Shown here: piece by piece, positions 48,996 through 54,876 of the stretch | How the letters are laid out: every line of letters begins with the position of its first letter | Numbering within the stretch: position 1 is the stretch's first letter | Source: a virus | Lineage: Duplodnaviria > Caudoviricetes | DNA length: 54,876 nt | Virus record (IMG/VR): IMGVR_UViG_3300043015_002761 | Location: 1-54,876 of that record | Strand: one strand, 5' to 3' | Notes under the pieces: generated by a model | Told to the model about the DNA's origin: nothing | Databases searched by the model: none | What the model saw: the letters and a program-made list of their open reading frames with translations, nothing else | Position numbers and translations under genes: made by a program

Positions 48996-49010
48996 ATTAA
49001 TTTAATTTAA

Positions 49011-50651
49011 TTATAAAGCTGTAGTTATTAAATTACCAGCATTATCTACAGTTATTTTATATCTTGTACCATTTGGTGATGACATTATAATACCCTCACC
49101 ATCTACAACAGTTTCTAATTTAGGAACGTAAACCGTATCATCAGCAGTACCTGTTATATTCTGACCACCCAATACAACACTTCTATCACCACTTACTAAT
49201 GAATTTGTTGAATGTATAAACGATGCTACACCACTAGCAGTTGAAGAAACCCCACCAGCGTGAGAAGATGAACCTTCCGCATTAGTAAAATAATTTTGCG
49301 AATGTGAATAATTAGCTATTGCGTTTGTTACAAACCCCTCAGCGTGAGAACCTTGACCTTGAGCAACACTATTCCTACCTTCAGCATGAGCGCCATTAGG
49401 TGCGGATGCTGTTGTGTCATAACCTTCAGCATGTGAAGCCTCACCAGTAGCGTTTGTTCCATACCCTTCAGAATGTGAGAATCGACCACTAGCAGTTGTA
49501 AACTGACCCTCAGAATGAGAAGCTTCACCAGTAGCATCCGTGCTATACCCCTCAGCATGAGAAGCTTCACCATAAGCATTAGTATTTCTACCCTCAGCAT
49601 GTGAAATTATTCCACTAGCTACAGTTTGATAACCTTCAGCGTGTGAATTAACACCAATAGCTATTGACCTATCGCCTTCAGCGTGTGAATAATCACCAGT
49701 AGCTTTAGTGGCAGTACCCTCAGCATGTGAACCAACACCGTTAGCTAAAGTTTGAAACCCTTCAGCGTGTGAATAACTAGTGGTACCACTAGTTTCCGCC
49801 CCTTCAGCATGTGAATAATCACCAGTAGCTTTAGTATCACGACCTTCCGTATGTGAATAAACCCCACTAGCTAATGTTAAACCACCTTCAGCATGAGAAC
49901 CAACACCACTAGCTATTGACTTATCCCCCTCAGCATGTGAATACGTACCACTTGCTAAAGTTTGATAACCTTCAGCGTGTGAAGTATCACCAGTAGCAAT
50001 CGTTTGATACCCCTCAGCATGTGAACGTCTAACATCTATACCACAAGAAGTGATTTGTTGAAATATTATTTGTGTGTAACCAGTAGAACCAGTCCAACCA
50101 CCTTCAACTGTAAAAACTACGTAGTCACTACCATCTAATTCACTACCACCAACAGAATTAACATTAAATTCAATACTACCAACAGAACCACTAAAAGTAA
50201 CTAACCACTCATCCCCTTTTGTCTGATAACAATTTAATGTTTCCTCAAATTTACCTAACTCACTTTTAAAATCATAATTACCACTTATATATGGCCAAAG
50301 TTCACCTTTAAATTCACCAAATGTAATTCCAGACGTGATTATTGGTGAAATAACATCAGCAACATATACACCAGCTATTGTTCCCTGTCCTTCAGCATGT
50401 GAATACGAACCTAAAGATTGTGTATTAATCCCTTCAGCAACTGATAATGTACCAGTAGCGATATTTGAACTTTCTTTAAGTATAGCTGAATTAGAACCAG
50501 TACCACCAGTCCATGGTGATTTATCACCAACACCATTAGTGTCAATAATAACTTTACCGTTACTATCAACACCTAAAATACCAGATGATAAATTATTAAT
50601 ATTTAATGAATCAACTTTTAACGAACCTTTTATATTTTTTTCTAAACTCAT
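49011..50651 (-). CDS. Fibre with YadA-head-like 14-aa SHAEG repeats
   Basis: About twenty SH(A/S/T)EGxxTxAxGxx repeats; C-terminal IIMSSPNGTRYKITVDNAGNL. Confidence 0.82.
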   Translation of the reverse strand: MSLEKNIKGSLKVDSLNINNLSSGILGVDSNGKVIIDTNGVGDKSPWTGGTGSNSAILKESSNIATGTLSVAEGINTQSLGSYSHAEGQGTIAGVYVADVISPIITSGITFGEFKGELWPYISGNYDFKSELGKFEETLNCYQTKGDEWLVTFSGSVGSIEFNVNSVGGSELDGSDYVVFTVEGGWTGSTGYTQIIFQQITSCGIDVRRSHAEGYQTIATGDTSHAEGYQTLASGTYSHAEGDKSIASGVGSHAEGGLTLASGVYSHTEGRDTKATGDYSHAEGAETSGTTSYSHAEGFQTLANGVGSHAEGTATKATGDYSHAEGDRSIAIGVNSHAEGYQTVASGIISHAEGRNTNAYGEASHAEGYSTDATGEASHSEGQFTTASGRFSHSEGYGTNATGEASHAEGYDTTASAPNGAHAEGRNSVAQGQGSHAEGFVTNAIANYSHSQNYFTNAEGSSSHAGGVSSTASGVASFIHSTNSLVSGDRSVVLGGQNITGTADDTVYVPKLETVVDGEGIIMSSPNGTRYKITVDNAGNLITTAL

Positions 50652-50652
50652 A

Positions 50653-50913
50653 TTATTTTAAATATTTTATAAAATTATCTTCTAAAAATAAATCACCTGG
50701 TAAAATATTATCGGTAATCATTTTAACATTATTTATATAGACATCATCAACATATAAGACTTCAAAATCTAAAAGAATATTTAAAACGTTACCATTAATA
50801 TCATAATTATTGGTACCATCAGTAAAATTAAATTTAATCTTTGATGTTGATAAATAATTTAACCCTTCTTCTTTAGAGTTAAATCTGATTAATATTATAA
50901 ATTTTTCTTCCAT
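50653..50913 (-). CDS. Hypothetical protein
   Basis: 86-aa ORF tightly packed between spike and fibre genes. Confidence 0.5.
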   Translation of the reverse strand: MEEKFIILIRFNSKEEGLNYLSTSKIKFNFTDGTNNYDINGNVLNILLDFEVLYVDDVYINNVKMITDNILPGDLFLEDNFIKYLK

Positions 50914-50915
50914 TT

Positions 50916-52901
50916 TTAGTTAATTAAATTAGTTAATTTTGTTATTTCACCACTAAGCGTTGTTGCTGAATAATCAGTGTTAACAACGGTGTTAGAACTA
51001 ATAACATTTGATAATGTTGGGTAGTTTATCGATAACCCACTATTTGAATATATAGTAGAATTTAAAATCTGAAGTGTACCGAAATCTGTACTATTAGACA
51101 TTGTATCACCACTACCAGTGTTTATTATACTTGAATTATTTATTAACACATTTAAATATTGACCATCAGCAAATGTCCCAATATCATTTTTACCTTCAAT
51201 CTTAGTATTATCCAACCTAAATGTTGATGTTGTTGTATCAGTATGGTCTAACATTTTAAAATCTTCAGCTGTTGATGTTATGTGTGAATTATTGATGTTA
51301 ACAGTACCACCTAATTTAGGATGTGCTAAAAAATTATAATTACCATATATATTACCTTTAAATTCAATATTACTATTTATTCTATAACTTTGGAATAATA
51401 CATTTGTAGTATCAGCTGAACCTAAGAAATATATATCCCCTTCAATTTTAATATTATTGTTAGAAGAATTACCATTACCAAAAGGGTAATCAGTACAATA
51501 AACTATGCTTCTACCATTACCCCCAATAGTTTTAGTGTAAATATTACCTTTATAATTTATTTGAATATTTGGTCCAGTAACCTCAAATAGACGTTGGTCA
51601 CTATATGAATTATCACTATAATCTATTAAATCACCATTAATATTTAAAGTAAAGTTTGATAAGTTTCCTGGGTCAAATACATTAGTAATAATACCATTAC
51701 TAAATGATAATGAACTATAATCATAATAAATTTTGTCTATATTAAGGTTAACATTTTTATGTCTAAAATTTCTAAGTCTAAATAAAGGTTTAGTTAAATT
51801 TATACATTCATAACCATTAATATCTATTTTAGATGAATCTGAAAAAATATTTCTTAAATAAAAAGGATAACCTAAACCACCTAAAGTTATATAATTATAA
51901 TATCTTTTTCTAGAGTAAGAATTAAACTTAACAACAGAATCACTCCCAGCACCATAAATAAAATAAAAACTACCAGTAGCTGTTTGACCGCCTAAATACT
52001 GTAATTCTTCTTCTTCAGACTTAAGATTAACAACAATTTCACTGCCACTTATATTTGATTTGACAATGTTTATTACTTCGCAATGATTTGATGTTAACTT
52101 TTTAACTTCAGCATTAAAGGTATAACCACCATCTGTTCCTAAATCAGATAGAAGAAATCTATTGTGACCATTAGATGTATCTGCACCAACACAATTTTGT
52201 TCGTATTCTAAATAACCTAAAACGTTACATGTTTCACCACTAACACCGTTTGCATCAAATAAAGCCATTTTAGCGCCAGTAACTGTTTGGTTATACAATA
52301 CTATTTTAGTGTTAGGTGAAAAATAATAAGTAATACCATTTTTCCATAAATTTATCTCATCTAATCTACTATTCCATTGGTTACCTGTTGTATCTCTATT
52401 ATCATATGTTATTGTTTGTGGTAACACATAAATAAGGTCACCAGATGTAGATGCTGTTTTAGCTGCATATAACGTTTTAAATGGTTTATCTAACCTACCT
52501 TTTTGCCCTGTAGAATCATCACCATTCTCATCAACGAAAAGTGTGTTAGAAATTGTTACACCAGTAAAAAATCCACCAATTAACCTATCATTAGATAAAT
52601 TATCAGTTAAAGTTAATTCACCAGTATTTTCATTATAAGTACCACCTGTAACAAAAACCTCAGTACTCCCAGTATAAAAACCAGTAACTTCATATGTTGT
52701 TGAATCTGGATTTACGAATGTTAATACACCAGAACTATAACTAATAATGTCATTATAATTACTACCACTCAATACTTTAACCATATTGTCTAATAAATCA
52801 GAATGTGTTTCTGGTGTGATAGTGTTAGGTTTGTTTTTGGACCTAATTATATCGTTAATATCTATAAGTAATTCACTTGGTGTTGTTCCAGTTGCAGCCA
52901 T
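50916..52901 (-). CDS. Tailspike-like protein with probable pectin-lyase-type beta-helix
   Basis: FVTGGTY repeat, then the beta-helix cap TLFVDENGDDSTGQKGRLDKPFKTLYAA...SGDLIYVLP, then Asn/Ile-rich strands; TATTTAT at 52920-52926. Confidence 0.65.
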   Translation of the reverse strand: MAATGTTPSELLIDINDIIRSKNKPNTITPETHSDLLDNMVKVLSGSNYNDIISYSSGVLTFVNPDSTTYEVTGFYTGSTEVFVTGGTYNENTGELTLTDNLSNDRLIGGFFTGVTISNTLFVDENGDDSTGQKGRLDKPFKTLYAAKTASTSGDLIYVLPQTITYDNRDTTGNQWNSRLDEINLWKNGITYYFSPNTKIVLYNQTVTGAKMALFDANGVSGETCNVLGYLEYEQNCVGADTSNGHNRFLLSDLGTDGGYTFNAEVKKLTSNHCEVINIVKSNISGSEIVVNLKSEEEELQYLGGQTATGSFYFIYGAGSDSVVKFNSYSRKRYYNYITLGGLGYPFYLRNIFSDSSKIDINGYECINLTKPLFRLRNFRHKNVNLNIDKIYYDYSSLSFSNGIITNVFDPGNLSNFTLNINGDLIDYSDNSYSDQRLFEVTGPNIQINYKGNIYTKTIGGNGRSIVYCTDYPFGNGNSSNNNIKIEGDIYFLGSADTTNVLFQSYRINSNIEFKGNIYGNYNFLAHPKLGGTVNINNSHITSTAEDFKMLDHTDTTTSTFRLDNTKIEGKNDIGTFADGQYLNVLINNSSIINTGSGDTMSNSTDFGTLQILNSTIYSNSGLSINYPTLSNVISSNTVVNTDYSATTLSGEITKLTNLIN

Positions 52902-52929
52902 AATTAAATAAGTTTATTTATAAATAGTT

Positions 52930-54666
52930 TTATTTTCCGTATCTTTCTCTTTCTACCTCACAATTATTTTTTAGAGCACACCAACTCAAATCACAAATAT
53001 GTAATCTGAATTGAGATATGTCACCTATAAATGTTCCAGCGAAGTTTTTTTCAATATGTAAACCAAGGTCTTCTGGGTCTTGACCATCAAAAGTCATACT
53101 CTCTAAAAGTCCCTGTGAACCACCACCTAACGATATGTTAAATGGTACCCCTAATTGTTTATCTTTATGTTCGTTAAGTCTCTTAGCTATAAATTCATCA
53201 ACTTCTTCAGCCACAAATTTTAATTTACAATCAACATAAAACATAAGTCTACCCTTTCTAGCTGAACCATATTGTAATTCACAGTCATCATATTCTGGCA
53301 TTACAAACCTAATATCGATTTTGTGCCAAACATCATCACTAACCATCCCACTAGCTGAATATTGTTCTTCAACTGTAACACCAGTAACGGTAACATTATT
53401 TTCACAATAAGCTGTTAACTTTAAAGCTCTGTAACCTATCGACCCATCATCCTTAATTCTAAAACCTATTGAATTGTCAATTATATCGGCATTCTTATCT
53501 AATTCTAAAAGAGGTGAAGTTAAACCACTAAATTCACATGCTGTTTGATTACCTAAACCACTAGGACTAGCACATTTAGTTGAATTACTCCCAGCTCTAC
53601 CATAAATAAGAAATGGGTTTTGTGTGTTTGTTAATTGTTGTGTGATTGAACTTACTGTGATACTATCACCAGTAAATGTACAAGCTTGTTTAGTACCTAA
53701 CCCACTAGGTAATGAACACTTGTTATAAGAACCGTCAGCTTGACCATAAATAAGGAATGGATTAGTTATTACGTTATACTCAATTGGTGGTGGTGATAGA
53801 TTAATTAAATTACCACTATCATCAACAAATGATATATCAGTTTCTTTTGGTGCTGTACAGAATGTTGTAACCGTTCCAGTACACGCACTACTAACAGTAC
53901 AACAACCACTAGTACAACCTGTATTATTACCTTCAAATACATTCCAGAATTTATTCTCAGCTCTAGTACCCATGTAAAAGAAGAATCCTTTATTATCTGG
54001 ATATGTATCATTAAGAGTTGTTCCAGTTGTACCAGAACAAACAGAATCAGACTTCCTAAGCCAAAATTCAGCAGTCCAAGCCTTTGGTACTCTCACTGGT
54101 AATAATTCGTAAGCGTATCCATCTAATTTATAATATCCTTGATAAAAACCACCACAAAATCTAGCATAATTCCCCAAGAGTCCAGTATCTGGTATTTGTT
54201 CTATCGGATAAACATAGTTACCAGTCATACCTGTCACTTCCCTAAGACTTAAAGCTGTTTCTCCAGAAGTTATAAAGGTAGTACCTGTTAACACATTAAG
54301 TAATGCTAAGTTACAGGTATCACCAGAGGTCTTTTCAAATCTTACAGCACCATTATCTATAGCTGTTAAACCAAAGGTTGAAAAAGTGAACCCACTATTA
54401 GTAGCACCACTCCAACTAACAAGACTTGTTATTATGTCGGCATTATCATAACCATATTGACCAACATAAACATTCGAGTATGGATAACCACCAGTGAAGA
54501 CATCTTCAGTTGAAAAATCATAATGAACTACCATACAATCATCGACAAGACCAGAGAAATCCCCAGGCATTGCATATTCATCTTGTGCCAAGTAAAAGTC
54601 ATAGTATTCGCTATTACTTAAGAAAGCATCTATTTTGTTAAAATTGTAGTTCTTTAAGTTCCCCAT
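52930..54666 (-). CDS. Cys-rich virion protein with interrupted LamG-like fold
   Basis: WTAEFWL...FFFYMG...WHKIDIRF...LMFYVD...ISLGGG...FIGDISQFRL; duplicated NPFLIYG..KC..PSGLG..AC.F.G. Confidence 0.55.
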   Translation of the reverse strand: MGNLKNYNFNKIDAFLSNSEYYDFYLAQDEYAMPGDFSGLVDDCMVVHYDFSTEDVFTGGYPYSNVYVGQYGYDNADIITSLVSWSGATNSGFTFSTFGLTAIDNGAVRFEKTSGDTCNLALLNVLTGTTFITSGETALSLREVTGMTGNYVYPIEQIPDTGLLGNYARFCGGFYQGYYKLDGYAYELLPVRVPKAWTAEFWLRKSDSVCSGTTGTTLNDTYPDNKGFFFYMGTRAENKFWNVFEGNNTGCTSGCCTVSSACTGTVTTFCTAPKETDISFVDDSGNLINLSPPPIEYNVITNPFLIYGQADGSYNKCSLPSGLGTKQACTFTGDSITVSSITQQLTNTQNPFLIYGRAGSNSTKCASPSGLGNQTACEFSGLTSPLLELDKNADIIDNSIGFRIKDDGSIGYRALKLTAYCENNVTVTGVTVEEQYSASGMVSDDVWHKIDIRFVMPEYDDCELQYGSARKGRLMFYVDCKLKFVAEEVDEFIAKRLNEHKDKQLGVPFNISLGGGSQGLLESMTFDGQDPEDLGLHIEKNFAGTFIGDISQFRLHICDLSWCALKNNCEVERERYGK

Positions 54667-54668
54667 AA

Positions 54669-54875
54669 TTAAAATGTTTCAAGACTAGTTCTCTTCCAAC
54701 CATCACTAGTCTTAATATATAAATAGTTATCATCTCTTGTAATTTCACCTAATTTACCAGTAATATCATTTGTTGATGTAGGTGTAAATTCTGGTAATAC
54801 AAGACCGTGAGGTAATATATAGTTATTAGTTTTCCAATCACCATCTGAATTAATTACAAATTCAGAGTTAGTTTT
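54669..54875 (-). CDS. C-terminal end of a fibre-like gene entering from the right edge
   Basis: Reads KTNSEFVINSDGDWKTNNYILPHGLVLPEFTPTSTNDITGKLGEITRDDNYLYIKTSDGWKRTSLETF-stop; the G-x-I-xx-D-x-NYLY...WKR ending is typical of phage fibre modules. Confidence 0.7.
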   Translation of the reverse strand, partial: KTNSEFVINSDGDWKTNNYILPHGLVLPEFTPTSTNDITGKLGEITRDDNYLYIKTSDGWKRTSLETF

Positions 54876-54876
54876 A

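Noticed and set aside
45950-50030. CRISPR-like periodic repeats
   Set aside because: The periodicity is degenerate, in-frame coding repeats (SHAEG and IIGG units), not identical repeats with unique spacers.
9630-52926. Plus-strand TATAAATA matches read as T4 late promoters
   Set aside because: They would point away from the adjacent minus-strand genes; the consistent reading is TATTTAT on the coding strand.
1-54876. Alternative genetic code (TAG or TGA reassignment) as in some large phages
   Set aside because: Long genes are intact under code 11, and TAG (21859, 38416, 48699) and TGA (17489) end genes at sensible boundaries.
1-54876. tRNA, rRNA, integrase or transposase genes
   Set aside because: Intergenic gaps are short and AT-rich with no cloverleaf-like sequence, and no such protein motifs were seen.

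Overview
AT-rich segment of a large (probably jumbo) contractile-tailed phage with a T4-like structural gene set, read in the standard genetic code. A Bacteroidota host is inferred from the absence of Shine-Dalgarno sites, TTG-N20-TAnnTTTG-like promoters and signal peptides ending in Gln. Most genes are on the minus strand. From left to right: a truncated >1700-aa baseplate-hub-like gene, a LysM/tail-X wedge protein, a tube-initiator-like protein with an inserted OmpA-like domain, a nearly pure A/T tract, tape measure, a gp26-like chaperone with a likely +1 frameshift extension, tail tube, tail sheath, a patatin, a block of fibre/LamG genes, gp15/gp14/gp13-like neck genes interrupted by a SNF2 helicase and glutaredoxin, a family B DNA polymerase, and a second fibre/spike block. 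The strongest leads for new biology are: (1) a [S/T]-[G/A]-x-T motif saturating surface-exposed virion proteins only, a candidate glycosylation sequon; (2) a putative head-packaged OmpA-like protein whose signal peptide appears masked by a Glu-ended propeptide; (3) the +1 frameshift; (4) two distinct promoter classes, one firing into the A/T tract like a T4-type origin. All protein assignments come from motif recognition by eye, not database searches.
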